Shown piece after piece: positions 12,816 through 25,199 of a DNA stretch of 64,000 nt. Origin of the DNA: Mobula hypostoma (Eukaryota); assembly GCF_963921235.1 (NCBI RefSeq), contig NC_086097.1:213158001-213222000 (forward strand). The letters are read 5' to 3'. The position numbers were made by a program, and so were the translations under genes. The notes under the pieces were generated by a model. The model saw only the letters and a list, made by a program, of their open reading frames with translations, searched no databases and was not told the origin of the DNA. Position 1 is the first letter of the stretch. The number at the start of each line of letters is the position of its first letter.

Positions 12816-14304
12816 AAAGAAAAACATCAGTTTTCTTCCGCACAAAAAGAAAAAGAAACCAGAACTTGCAAACCTCAAACCACTCCCCCATCAACCTTCC
12901 CCAGCACAAAAACAGATCATCGAAAATAACGAACAGAATGAAGAGATATGAATGTGACTTTGATCCCATACCAGTATGTTTGCCCTGTGCAATCTTTTGG
13001 GAAGGCTGTAATGATAATACCGTCAGCTTCATCATTTTGTGAGCCTTGTATAAGTACTGCAGTTCTCTGGTGACATCCTCCAGCAAATATAGCTTAAATA
13101 GTCTTAAATATTTAAGTCTGAAACAATTAAGCCTTCCCGCTATAATAAGAGTGGATGCTTTAGATCATCTTAATGTTAGCGTATTACATTTGGGAAATAA
13201 ATAATGAGTCCCATCGTAGTCCATTTTGATTACTACTTTCTAAAAGAAATGAAAATGTTAGTATGGATCATCCCCTTCTAAATCCATGTGGACTTCCACT
13301 AATTCCGTCTTTGCATAAATAATTTCAAATTTACTCCAAATAAATACTTATCTTGGCTATGTGGACTAGGAGAAAGATTAAAGAGGACTGAGCCTGCCAT
13401 TATCTTTTTTATGAGCCTTTTGAATGGTGGTTTAATATTCGTTTTCTTTCTAAGTACATCAAAGGTGTCCTTCAACTTTTTTTAATTTGCTCCACCTTTG
13501 GAGAGATTCTTGCATTGAATCCATTTGAACCTCTTGAATACTTTGATTTGACACAGCAAATATCTGGCATACCTGTTTTGGAGAGGTCACGCTATACGTT
13601 TTCCATTATGAATGGGCAAATCTATTCAAGTAAATCTATACGTCAGTAGTCCATGCCCCTTTACTCACTATACTGTAATAGGAAGAAAGATTATTATCTT
13701 TTTCTTAGTCCTTCCACATTTTTACCCTGACCACTCTTGGCTTCTGCGAACCATTTTAAAGTATTTCAGCTTTCAGAGTTAGAGTCACCTAGCACAGAAA
13801 CAAACCCTTTAGTCCACCGAGACAGTGCCCATGTAAATTAATTCCATTTAATTTTCTCTACATTCCCATCAAACACCAACGCCCCCCACCACCACCACAA
13901 ATCAAAATAGGAGGCTGGTCTATTCAAAGCAAAGTCCCTAAAAATTCCTTTTCTCAGAAGGTAGTGAGGCTCTGAAATTCCCTGCCCCTGAGGGTAGGGA
14001 AGGCCAGATCATTAGATATATTTAAGGTGGAGACGGATAAATACTTGAGGAATCAGCTGGATAAATAGGTCACGTGAGGTAGCCATGTTTATAGCCAAGA
14101 AAATATTTATTTGGCATGAATTTTAAATTATTTGCACAAAATCTGAGTTAGTAGCATTCAACCTGATTTAGAAGGGAATGATCCATACTAACCTATTCTA
14201 TTTTTTAAAGTTGTAATCAAAATGGATTATGATAAATGAGTGTGAGGTGTTGCATTTTGGGAAGTCAAACTAGCGTATGACTTTCACAGTGAACTATAGA
14301 GTAC

Positions 14305-14875
14305 GGTGTATGGGGTGTCTAGGGAGGGGTAGCACCTCTGGTGGGGGGGCCTGCCGGGGCCTTTTCAGGGCAGCTCGTCCATCTTTGGTCCCCAGCTGAA
14401 GCTCAGTTCTCACCTGTGGCTCCAAGTAGCTGTAACACACCCCAGTAAACCATCTCGGCAGACGGGCCAAACCAGGTGAGGGTAGCCGATGGGTCTTCGA
14501 CCCTCCGTGAAGCAGGGGATCTGCCTGTCCCAGCGTGTGAAGTCTGGCCCTGGCAGATCGAGTGGAGGAGACCAATTAATGGTCCAACAGTCATGAAGGC
14601 AGACCCAGCAGGTGTTGTGGAGCACTAAGAGCACGACAAGACACTTAGACGTCCTCGTCATCCACTGCAGCAGGAGAGGTCTCTAGCCGTAACAGTTGTC
14701 CATGCCACTGGATCAATGTCCCTTCTGCCGAGAGAGTGGGATTACCCCTGTGCAACGGCTGTTCCACTTAAAACTCCATCACGCACAAGTTTCTGTTGTG
14801 CAATTCATCTCAGCCCAAACCCCACAGGTGAACTGCACAACAGCATGTCTTCTTCAAATCCGAAGGGCTACTAAC
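14305..14875 (+). mobile_element. Non-coding RTE-related retroposon with 5' HDV-like ribozyme fold, inserted in a CR1 remnant
   Basis: TSD atagagt(a/g)c at 14296-14304 and 14876-14884; CR1 sequence continues on both sides. 3' end gtcttcttcaaatccgaagggctactaac looks RTE-like. Shares tccaaca..tca..tgaaggc with the RTE 5'UTR at 58604-58624. Confidence 0.7.
14312..14482 (+). ncRNA. Degenerate HDV-like self-cleaving ribozyme
   Basis: P1 GGGGUGU(14312-18)/ACACCCC(14437-43); P2 CUCACCUG(14409-16)/CAGGUGAG(14473-80); P3 5' strand GGC then L3 starting UCC; P4 CCAUCU-CGGC-AGACGG; J4/2 GCCAA. The P3 3' strand and the P1.1 GG are mutated. Confidence 0.6.
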
Positions 14876-14884
14876 ATAGAGTGC

Positions 14885-15560
14885 AGAGGCATGTTGTGGA
14901 ATGGAGTACAAGTACCTGTATATAGATCCGCAAGAGTAGTGTCATAGGTAGACAGGGTGGTGGCCCTCATCAGTCAGAGCACTGAGTATGGAAGCTGTAC
15001 AAGACATATGTTAGGTCACAACTGGAGTACCGTGTACAGTTTTGATTACCCTGTTATAGAAGGGACAGCACTAAGCTAAAAACAGAACAAGGATCTATGA
15101 GAATGCTTCCAGGGTGCAAAGGCCTGAATTCTAGAAAGAAGTTGAGCAGGCTAGGACTTCTATTCCTCGGCGGGTAAAAGACAGAAGGGTGATCTTACAG
15201 AGGTGTATAAGATCATAAGGGGCATAGATACGTGAATGCACAGTCTTTTTACCAGATAAAGAGAATCAAAAACTAGAGTACAAAAATTTAAGGTGAGAGG
15301 GTAAAGATTTCAAAAAGAGATCTGATCGCAAGTTTTTCCAAGTGAAGGGTGGTGGCTGAGGCAGGTACAATAACAACATTTGAAAGACATGAGGCAGGTA
15401 CATGGGTAGGAAACTTTTAGAGACAATTGTGACCAGTTCAGATTTTAAATAAAACTCATTGCACAGAAACGTTCCAATGACATGGTGAGAGATGGGCATC
15501 TTGGTTTGCATGGATACTGGGCTGAAGGAACTATTTACATGCTTTGTTACTCTATGACCC
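14885..15560 (+). mobile_element. Decayed CR1 3' portion
   Basis: ctggagtaccgtgtacagttt (LEYxVQF), gtgatcttacagaggtgtataagatc, and tail ggctgaaggaactatt...tactctatgac. Confidence 0.75.
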
Positions 15561-15674
15561 CGTCAATGAAATGAGGGTTGAGCAGAACTGGCAGAGAAGA
15601 GATTTGAGTCCAACAAACATTAGCCATGATCACAGTGAATGAGGGAACTGGCAGCTCCTATTTTCTTGTGTACC

Positions 15675-15822
15675 AAATTCTTTGGAATGTAGGAGGAACT
15701 GTATCACCTGGAGAAAACTCATATCATCATACAGAGAGTGTGCAAATGCCATAGAGGCAGATAAAGGGTCAGCTTGAACTAGGGCTGCACCCATAAGGAA
15801 GTAGTTCTACTCACTGCACCTG
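15675..15822 (-). mobile_element. V-SINE (HE1-like) 5'/core fragment
   Basis: Reverse complement of the V-core (tctttggaatgtaggaggaa...ggagaaaactca...gagagtgtgcaaa) and a tRNA-like head. A matching 3' part lies at about 13775-13900. Confidence 0.55.
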
Positions 15823-16239
15823 TCTTCTAATATTTAGCACAGTGGTCACCTTCTCCTAGGACCACTCAGGAACATAGTAAATTCATGCCTGGAGTCAGAG
15901 GATGTAGGTAAGGTACCATATGAGTACTTTTTGCTGTTTTTTTCCCCCAATGTATACTAAGAGCATTGAGACATATAATATGCTTGTGCATTTTGGGATC
16001 AGGAGGAAGGTAATACTGGGTCTTTTAGAGGGCATCAAGGTGGATAATACCCCAAAGGCAAGATAGATAAATCCCAGTTATCAAAAGAGGCAATTGTTAG
16101 GGTCTAGAAAAAGATTTCTGTAGTAAACAGACAAAATCCTGAGAGTAGGCTATGTCTTTCTTTGCTCAATAAGGGAAATACAGATAATTACAGGCTAGGG
16201 ATACTCACACCAGAGGTAGAGAAGTTTTTGAAGGGGATC

Positions 16240-17320
16240 AAAGTTCAAATTGAATTTATTATCTAAGTATATACCACCATATACAACTATGAGATTCATG
16301 TGGGCATATTCAATAAATCTATAGATAATAACCATAATAGAATCAATGAAAGACCACACCAACTTGGGTGTTCAATAAGTGTGCAAATACAAAATGAAAG
16401 AAAGAATATTAAATAAAGAGATTGATAGATAGATAAATAAAGCAAGCAAGCAATAAATATCAAGAACATGAAGAGTCTCTAAAAGTGAGTCCATTGCCTG
16501 TGGGAACATTTCAATGATAGTACAAATGAAGTTGAGTGAAATTATCCTCTTTGGTTCAAGAGCCTGATGATTGAGAAGTAATAACTGTTCCTGAACCTGG
16601 TGGTGGGAGTCCTGAGGTTCCTGTACCATCATCCTGATGGCAGCAGTGAGAAGAGAACATGTCCAGGGTGGTGGGGGTCCCTGATGATGGATGCTACTTT
16701 CCTGCAACAGTGATTCGTGGAGATGTGCGCGATGATGGGGAGGGCTTTAACCATGATATCCACTTTTTATAGGATTTTCCATTCAAGTGCATTGATGTTT
16801 CCATACCAGACTGATATGCAGCCAGTTAATATACTATCCACTACACATCTACAGAAGTTTCTCAACGTGTTAGATGTCTTGCAGAATCTCTGCAAACTCC
16901 TAAGAAGGTAGAGGGACTGCTGTGCTTTCTTCATAATTGCACTCTGTGCTGGGCCCAGGACCAGTCATCTGAAATGTTAACTCTGAGGAGTTTAAAGTTG
17001 CAGACCCTCTCCAGCTCTGACTCTCCAATGAGGACTAAATCATAGACCTCTGGTTTCCTTCTTCTGAAGTCAATAACCAGCTCCTTGATCTTGCTGACAT
17101 TGAGTCAGAGGTTGTTGCTGTGGCACCAGTCAGTCAGATTTTCAACTTCTCTCCTATATGCTGATTCATTGCCATCTTTGATTCAGCCAACGACAGTGGT
17201 GTCGTCGGCAAACTTGAATATGGCATTGGAGCTGTGCCTAGCCGCACAGTCATATGTGTAAAGCGAGTATAGCAGGGGGCTAAGCACACAGCCATGCGGT
17301 GTACCTGTGCTGTGGAGAGA
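16240..17320 (-). mobile_element. Rex1/Babar-type LINE 3' fragment
   Basis: Minus strand encodes GCVLSPLLY-like and KFADDTTVVG motifs (17180-17310) and IIRDPHHPGH, then a long 3'UTR/tail to about 16240. Confidence 0.8.
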
Positions 17321-17324
17321 ACAG

Positions 17325-18390
17325 GATTTATGTGCATTTTGAAAAACATGGCCTGATTAGGGACCATCAGAATGGCCTTGCATAGGATCTTACAAACCAT
17401 AATGAATTTTAAGGTGATGAATTTGAGTGATGGTTACTGGATGATGTATACATGAATTCTACTAAGGTATTAATCAAGATCCCTCATGGTAGGCTGAAAC
17501 ATGGGATCCAATGGTGACTTCGTAGTTTGCATTCAGAATTGGCTTTCCCCACTGAAGACAGCGGATATTGGTGGAAGGGTGTTATTCTGGCTGGAGGTCC
17601 ATGACCTGTGGCATTCCACAGCCATCGATGCTAAAGCTACTATTGTTACCAATGCATATAATTTTAATATAATGTTACCAATCCACGACTTGGAAAGCAG
17701 TGTCAACAAGTGTTTTTGCAGATAACGCAAATATTGGTAGAGAAGAAAACAGTGCAAAGAGCTATTGAAGAACACAGCAAGATATAAATTAGACTTTATT
17801 AGTCAGGGGGTTAAGTTCAAGAGCCACGAGATACTGTCCTGCAGTTCTGTAAAATCCTGGTTAGACCACATTTGGAGTATTGTGTTCAGTTCTGGTCACC
17901 TCATTGTAGGAAGGAGGTGGAAGCTTCAGAGAGAGTACAGAGATTTCCAGGGTACTGCCTGGTTTGGAGAGAATGTCTTATGAGGATAGGTTGAGTGAAC
18001 TGAGGGCTCTTCTCTTTGGACCGAAGGAGGATGTGAGGTGACTTGGTAGAGGTGTACAAGATGATAAGTGGTACAGATCAAATGGACAGTCTGAGACTTC
18101 TTCTCTGCACAGAAATGGCTAATATGAGGGGGCATAATTTTAAGACAATTGGAGGAAAGTATAGGAGGGAGGTCAGAGGTAAGTTTTTCTTACACAGAAT
18201 GGTGGATGCATGGAAGGCCTGTCAGGGTAGAGGTAGATACATTAGAGATATTTAAGAGACTCTTGGACAGGCACATGGATGACAGAAACATGGAGGGTTA
18301 TGTGAAAGGGAAGGGGTTGACTGATGTTAGAGTAGGTTAACACAAAGGGCCGAAGGATCTGTACTGTGCTGTAATGTTCTATGTCTGTGT
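17325..18390 (+). mobile_element. Decayed CR1 fragments with 3' tail
   Basis: gttagaccacatttggagtattgtgttcagttctggtc (VRPHLEYCVQFW) and tail gggccgaaggatctgtactgtgctgtaatgttctatg. Confidence 0.8.
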
Positions 18391-18518
18391 AAATCAGTTA
18401 CAGATATGGGCAGAGAAAAGGCAGATGGAACTTAGAATCTAAGTGTGAGGTGTTCAAAATCAGAGTACATATATGTCACCACATACAACCTTGAGATTCA
18501 TTTTTCTGCAGGCATGCT

Positions 18519-21500
18519 TGTAATATATGGATCTGTTTCTTTAAGAGCAATGACCCCCCTCCCCCAGCACTACATATTGATCTGTTGTCCAGTCCAGTCT
18601 TGTCTATGCATGCACATTGTTCTCTCTCTCTCTGTCTCTCGCTGCAATGCGAATACACCAGTTCATGCCATTTCCTGTGTGTGTGCTTTTATTTAATCAA
18701 TATATAGTTGTGCACAGACACAACAAATTGGTGAAGGGTATGACCCTGAATATCAGAAAATATCATGAACTGCACTGACAGTTACGGAAAGAAACAGCGA
18801 GGGATAAATAAGACCATAGACCATAAGACCATAAGACCATAAGACAAAGGAGCAGAAGTAGGCCATTCGGCCCATCGAGTCTGCTCCGCCATTTTATCAT
18901 GAGCTGATCCATTTTATCCTATTTAGTCCCACTGCCCCGCCTTCTCACCATAACCTTTGATGCCCTGGCACAAGAAAGCCAACGGACATGTGAGTAACAA
19001 TGAAAGACATGTTGAACTTAAAGTGAAAAAATCGTGGCAATGTCTTCAGTCGGGAAAGTTGACGAACTTGATAGCACTAATGAAGGTTGGGAGTCGTATA
19101 TCAAGAGGGTTGAACTGTATTGTAACACGAATGACGTGGAGGAACAAATGAAAGCCCTTACACTTCTTAGCTTAATGGGCCCAAGAATGTACAGCCCCTT
19201 ACACAACCTAGTAACCCCTGAAAAGCCAGCAAGCAAAACATACAATTAAATTGTAACAATTTTGCAAAATCACTTGAGCCCTAAACTGCTGGTTATAGCT
19301 GAGAGATGTAGATTTTACAAAAGGAACCAAAACCATGTTTACAAAAGATGGAAGCCTTTCTGAATACATTGCAGAACTGTGCATGCTTTCCCAGTACTGT
19401 GACTTTAGAGATGGACTTTCTGATGCATTAAGGGACAGGCTTGTAGGTGGCATGCATTGTCAAAGCACTCAAAAGCTGCTACTGACCAAAAGAGACTTAA
19501 CCTTAGAACAGACATTGACTATTGCAATATGATTCAAGACTGCAGCAAAGGATGCAACAGAACTACAGAAGAGGAGTTAGAATGTGAAATACCCAAGATG
19601 TCCCTGACTGGTGCAAAAAGCCAAAGATGTTATCAATGTGACAAATCCTCCCATGTTGCAAATGACAGTTGTTTCAAAGAAAAAGTCTACAGAAAGTGTC
19701 ACAGACAAGGTCACATGGAGAGAGTGTGAAGGCAGACAAAAGCACCACTAACTGAAAAGTCTCAAACACAAAACTAAGCAAATGTATAAACTTACCGATT
19801 ATAAAACAGAATCAGACAACATAGAGTCTGACAAAGGTGAACTGTCATGCCTATAACTGCATAGTATAACTGGAGCAGATCACAAAATCATCTGGATCAC
19901 AATAGATATATCTGGTGTAAAACTGAAAATGGAGCTGAAAATGAAAATACAGGGTCAGCTTTGTCCATAACTACAGAGGCTCACGACAACAGACAGTTTT
20001 CTAAGATACCATTTAGGAGACCTCAGTGACAATAAAGACTTACACAGGCAAAAAATCTCCCCAAAGGCAAACTGAAAGTAAATGTAATGTATGGATGTCA
20101 GTACTTTTTAGACATGAATAGCTGAGAAAAATCCAACTAGACTGGCACTCAATCAAAGCTCTCAGTGAATCAACAAGCAACAGCAGCCCAAATGGTAGCA
20201 CTAACCAGAGACTGGCACAGCTGCTTAATGCTAATGAGAAGTTGTTTGAGAAGGGGGTTGGTAAACTCAGGGAAATTAAGGCCAGAATTGAACTGCATGA
20301 AACAGCAACACCAATATTCCATAGTGTGTCTAGTGCCTTATGCACTACGTCCTACAGCACATGCTGAGCATCAGAGTTTGGAGGCATCTGGAATTCATTC
20401 CAAGTTTGAGTGGAGTGATTGGGTCATGCCCATTGTCCCGGTGATCAAGAAAGGGAAGGGCGGAGGTGTTCGCATCTGTGGGGATTTCAAAGTGAGTGTC
20501 AACCCTGTTGCTGTGTATTGTGCAGTATCGCTGGCCACGAATAGAAGACATTTTTGCATCTTTGGCAGGTGGGGAGAGGTTTTCAGAGTGACTTGTCTCA
20601 AGCCTATCTGCAAATGGAAACGGAGGAGTCAAGCAGAAAGTCTGCTTCAATCAACACTCTGAAGGGACTATTCCAGTATAATTGCCTTGTCTTTGACGTC
20701 GCATCAGCTCCAGCAATTTGACAAAGAAGAATGGACCAAGTGCCCAAGATATCCCATGAACACAACGTTACCTTGCTGTCATCATTGTGACTGGCAAGGA
20801 TAGTGAAGAGTACCTTCGGAACTCTGGCAAAGTGCTCACCAGGCTGAGGGAGTATGGTCTGCGTGCAAAGAGAGTGAAATGTGAGTTTTGAAAGAATGAA
20901 ATCTCATATTGTGGACATGTCGTGGACAGGTCATTGACAAGCATGGCTTACATAATGCACAAGGGAAGACTGAAGCAGTGCTACAGGCACCCAAACAAGA
21001 AAATGTGTCACAACTCAGGTCATACTTGGGCCTTGTAAACTGTTACCACCGGTTTTTCCCCAAACATTACTACAGTGCTACATCCATTGAACACATTGTT
21101 ACAGACAGGAGCAAATTGGGAATGGTCAGAAAGATGTGAAAGACTATTCAGGAAACAAAGAAATTAATAAAATCCGATGAACTGCTCACCCATTATGCCC
21201 CATCCCTGCCCATCTGGCTGGTGTGTGATGCAACCCTTGTGGCATTGAAGCCATTTTGTAACTCATTATGACAGATGGATCTGAATGCCTGATTGTGTTT
21301 GCTTCAACATCACTGATGAGCACGAAACGCAACTATGCACAGATCGACCAATAGGCCCTGGTCTAGTATGGGGAATAAATAAGTTCCACCACTACCACTA
21401 TGGACAGTAGTTTATGCTAGTGACAAATCATCAGCCGTTTGTGTCTATTTTCAGTCCCAGGAAGGGAATTCCAATGATGTCTGCTACCCAGTTACAACAT

Positions 21501-23309
21501 TGGGCACTATTCCTAGGAGTCCACTCTTATGACATAAAGTTCAAGGGTACCAATCGACACATCAATGGTGATGGCTTGACACATCATCCACTACTGACAA
21601 CTGAACACGACAAGTCTTCATACTGTGACCCAGCAGAAGTGGTCCACGCACTAGTTGCCAGTAACACGTTCTGAAATACAAAGGGAAACAATAAATGACC
21701 CAACATTGTCAAAAGTCTATGAAGTCACCATGCAAGGATGGCCAGCTCATGGTAACCCTATGTATCCAGAGTTCTCAGCGAGGTAGGACCGACTGTCAAT
21801 CCATCAAAGAATGCTGAGGTACAGATCTCGTGTTGTGGTTCCCTTTAAATTGTCCACCAGAGTGTTAGAAAATCTGCATGAAGGACACCTGGGTACAGTT
21901 AAGTTGAAGAGTCTCACCTGGTGCTACGTGTAGTGGCCGGGAATAGATAAACAGATTAAAGACTTGGCCAAAACCTGCTCTGGATGCCAAAAAGTTCAAA
22001 ATGCACCCCCCACAGGTACCATTACACCAGTGACTGCAGCTGTCATCTCCATGGCAAAGAGTACCTATTGACTTTGCTGGGCCATTCATGGACTCCATGT
22101 TTCTGATTGCTGTGGATGCTCATTTGAAGTGGGTGGAGGTCATACCGATGAAATCAACCATCTCAGCAAAGACTGTCTCTGAGGACAATCTTCACCAGAA
22201 ACAGCCTACCAGGACAAATTGTGAGTGACAACGGACCACGCCAGAAGAATTTCAACTGTTCATGAAGAAAAATGGCATCAGACATTTCAAGTCATCTCCT
22301 CACCACCAGACCTTGAAGAAGTCCATTAAAGCGATGGACGAGGAGGACATTTCTCTACTGCACAAGGTGACAACTTCCCCTTGGTGTATCGGAACTCTGT
22401 TTATGTGACAACAAATCAAACACCTGTAACACTGTTCATGAACAGGAATCTGAGATCTCACATAGACCTCCTGAAACCAGATCTATGGAGGGACATGCAG
22501 AATAAACAGTTCAGCTAGTTGCAATGAAGATGCAAGGAACTTCGAGATTAGACAGGAAGCCTTGGCGCACGATTACCGAGAAGACAAGTGGACATCTGAT
22601 AGGATAGCTTCAAGAACTGGACCACTGATGTGCACAGTGAATGATGGAGATCAGTCAAGGAGACGTCATATGGACCAGATACAGAATGCTCAACTGAAGA
22701 ACATACCTGAGTCAATTGCATCCAACAAGACATTACAGTCACCAGACTTACTTTACAGTGATAATCATGTCACTGACAGCAATGTGGCACAGGAAACCGA
22801 GAACATAGATTTATCAAGACAGCTACCAAACCTGATGCCACTCCATAGGTCCAGAGGCACAATGAGAATTTTATCGTTGACAAGACACCTGCCAAACTTG
22901 ATGCCACTCCACAGGTTCAGAGGCGCTATCCTGATAGAAATAGAATGCTACCCAAAAGACTGAACCTTTGGAACTGTGAAGCTAGTTATGGACTGTTGGT
23001 ATGAAAGCATGTTTATTTGGAATATGGGTTTATGAAAGGTAAACAGAATGTTTTGTACATATACAGTTTTATGTTGTATTAATCTAAAGGGGGAGGAAGT
23101 ATAATGTACACAATGGATCTATTTCTTTTAGAGAAATAACTCCCCCCCTTAGCACTATGTGTTGATCTGTTGTCTGTACATGTACTGTTGTCTACGCATG
23201 TATATTGCTCTCTTTCTTTCTCTCACTGCATTGGGAATACACCTGTTAAAGCCATCTCTTGCATGTGTGCTTTTATTTAATTGATATGTAGTTGTGCACA
23301 GACACAACA
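18519..23309 (+). mobile_element. Full-length decayed Ty3/Gypsy LTR retrotransposon (Mag-like)
   Basis: Direct LTRs of ~207 bp (18519-18725 and 23100-23309, both ending gacacaaca). PBS-like tggtga after the 5'LTR; PPT aaagggggaggaag before the 3'LTR. Gag with two CCHC-like knuckles, then RT (PIVPVIKK..VRICGDFK), RNase H and integrase (IDFAGPF) in Gypsy order. Many stops and frameshifts; degenerate 5-bp TSD atgct/aaact. Confidence 0.92.
18808..18968 (-). mobile_element. Short CR1 3'-tail insertion in the Gypsy leader
   Basis: (ataagacc)n microsatellite followed by ggagcagaagtaggccattcggccc, the reverse complement of a CR1 3'UTR end. Confidence 0.75.
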
Positions 23310-24377
23310 AAACTCGCAAATCTATACACTTTGATAGGTCAAATGTAGTGTAACAACATTAATGGACAAAGGAATTTTGGGTCCATGCATCAGGGTGAGC
23401 TATGGGCTGTCACTAATTCTGCTGCCTCACCACTCGAGAAACCTGTAAGAAACTCTGTGTTTGTAAGAGAAGGACCAGCCTCTTCTTCAGCTGCTTAGTG
23501 CAACCACTTTTTGGTAGCACCTTCCCTCATTTTTCATTTGCCAGCCTATAATCCACCATCACAGAACACAGACCGAGGAATCTAAAATAAAGATTTCTTG
23601 GAACCCTTTTCTACATCTACGGGGATTAGCTTGATTGGAGTGAAAATAATGTTGAAATCCAAATCACAGATGACAGATGTTTTTAAGTAGTGTGACTACT
23701 CTCCACTTTCAGATGGAGAGGAACACTTTATGTTACTTTGAGGGAGAATGCAAAACCAAAAGGACATTGCTTCCAGAGTGAGATATTTCAGCTCAGGTAC
23801 TCACTAACCTTATTTAAAAGAAGCTTACTTGAGATATTTCTATCTTTTTAAAAAATCAGGTTTCACCTTTAAAAGAAAGACTAATAAAGTGACCAAGTCT
23901 TAAGATTGAAATAAGTGACCTTTTTAAGAAGTTCCACACAGGTCCATTATTAAAAAGTATTTTCCACAATAAGCAGCTAAAAGTTTAAGGCAGCAAAGCG
24001 GAGAAAATACAGCAAATTTACGATTGCCATTAAAATAAATATTTATCCAGTTGAGATGGAATGTGTCCAAGGTATCCTGACTGCTAAATTATGGCACTAT
24101 GGCAAGAACAACATTAAAACTTTTTCTTTTCCTCCATCTCCTAGCCAATTTGATCAAGAGAAAAAGAGTTCACAAGAAGTGTCCAGGTGAATAAAGAGGT
24201 TCAAGTCCTAAACTGGTTGATAAATTTTTAAAAATCCAAGAATTTGTCAAGGAATGATAGGAGACAGCTTGGAAATGCTCCAACATAATGCAAAGCTATT
24301 CAGGATCCAGCATCCAGTTTCTCACTACCAACTGGAAAATGCATCACATAACACTAAGCAAAGTATTAAACCAAATA

Positions 24378-24570
24378 ACACACATAAAATGCTGGAGGAA
24401 CTCAGCAGGTCAGGCAGCATCTAAGGAAAAGAGTGAACAGTCCTGATGAAGGGTCTCGGCCCGAAATGTTGTCTGTTTACTCTTTTCCATAGAGGCTGCC
24501 TGACCTGCTGAGTTCCTCCAGAATTTTGTGTGTTCTTTGGATTTCCAGCATCTGCAGATTTTCTCATGTT
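24378..24570. mobile_element. Fold-back non-autonomous PLE derivative with apical hammerhead core
   Basis: ~60-bp inverted arms around CTGATGA-agggtctcggccc-GAAA. Degenerate TSD tattaaaccaaata/tattaatcaaaata (12/14). Confidence 0.85.
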
Positions 24571-24782
24571 TATTAATCAAAATATTCTTTTAAGCCATTT
24601 GGTAAGGGCTGCACAATGAGTGTCAACAATCAAAAGAAAATTAATTGTATATTATAATGTACCAAACTTCTTTTCAGGAAGAGGCAATATTTCTTATTTT
24701 TGACTGCAAACAACAAACTTCTGAAGTAGTAAACTCAATTGCACCAACAATTCACAAATATCCTTTTTGGTGTAGCACCTAC

Positions 24783-24907
24783 CTCCATAGGAAATGCTTT
24801 AAAATTAACTGTATGCTCAGAACCACGCTGGTTCTCTTTACCCCAGTGAAATCGAACTTCATGCAATTCATATTCATGGTTTCCAAGCAATGGACCGCCA
24901 GTCAAAA
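24783..24907 (-). CDS. CA8: CA8 coding exon 3 ([42 protein letters not shown])
   Basis: Acceptor TTTTCTATTGCAG| and donor GAG|GTAGGT. 125 nt, phase-compatible with exon 2. Carries the CA8 signature EVRFHWG and GSEHTV. Absent from the ORF track; read by hand. Confidence 0.96.
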
Positions 24908-25199
24908 CTGCAATAGAAAAGTAATTTAAAATAAAAGTAGTTTAAGATAAAGTGCAGCTTTAATTTGCAATTAAGTTGTTTGGACACATTTGGTGAGAAA
25001 AGCGGTTACATCATTCTCCACTTTTGCTCATCTTTTTCATGAGGTCTCTGTGGGTCTGAAAACCCCAGCTGGAAAGTTGACATCTATTTTTGCATTACAC
25101 AAGAAAAGACAGCTTTATTAGGTACATTACCTCAGAGGAACCCATGAGGTAATTTTATCCAAATTACAGATGCTAAACTCAAATGAGCGAATATGCATA

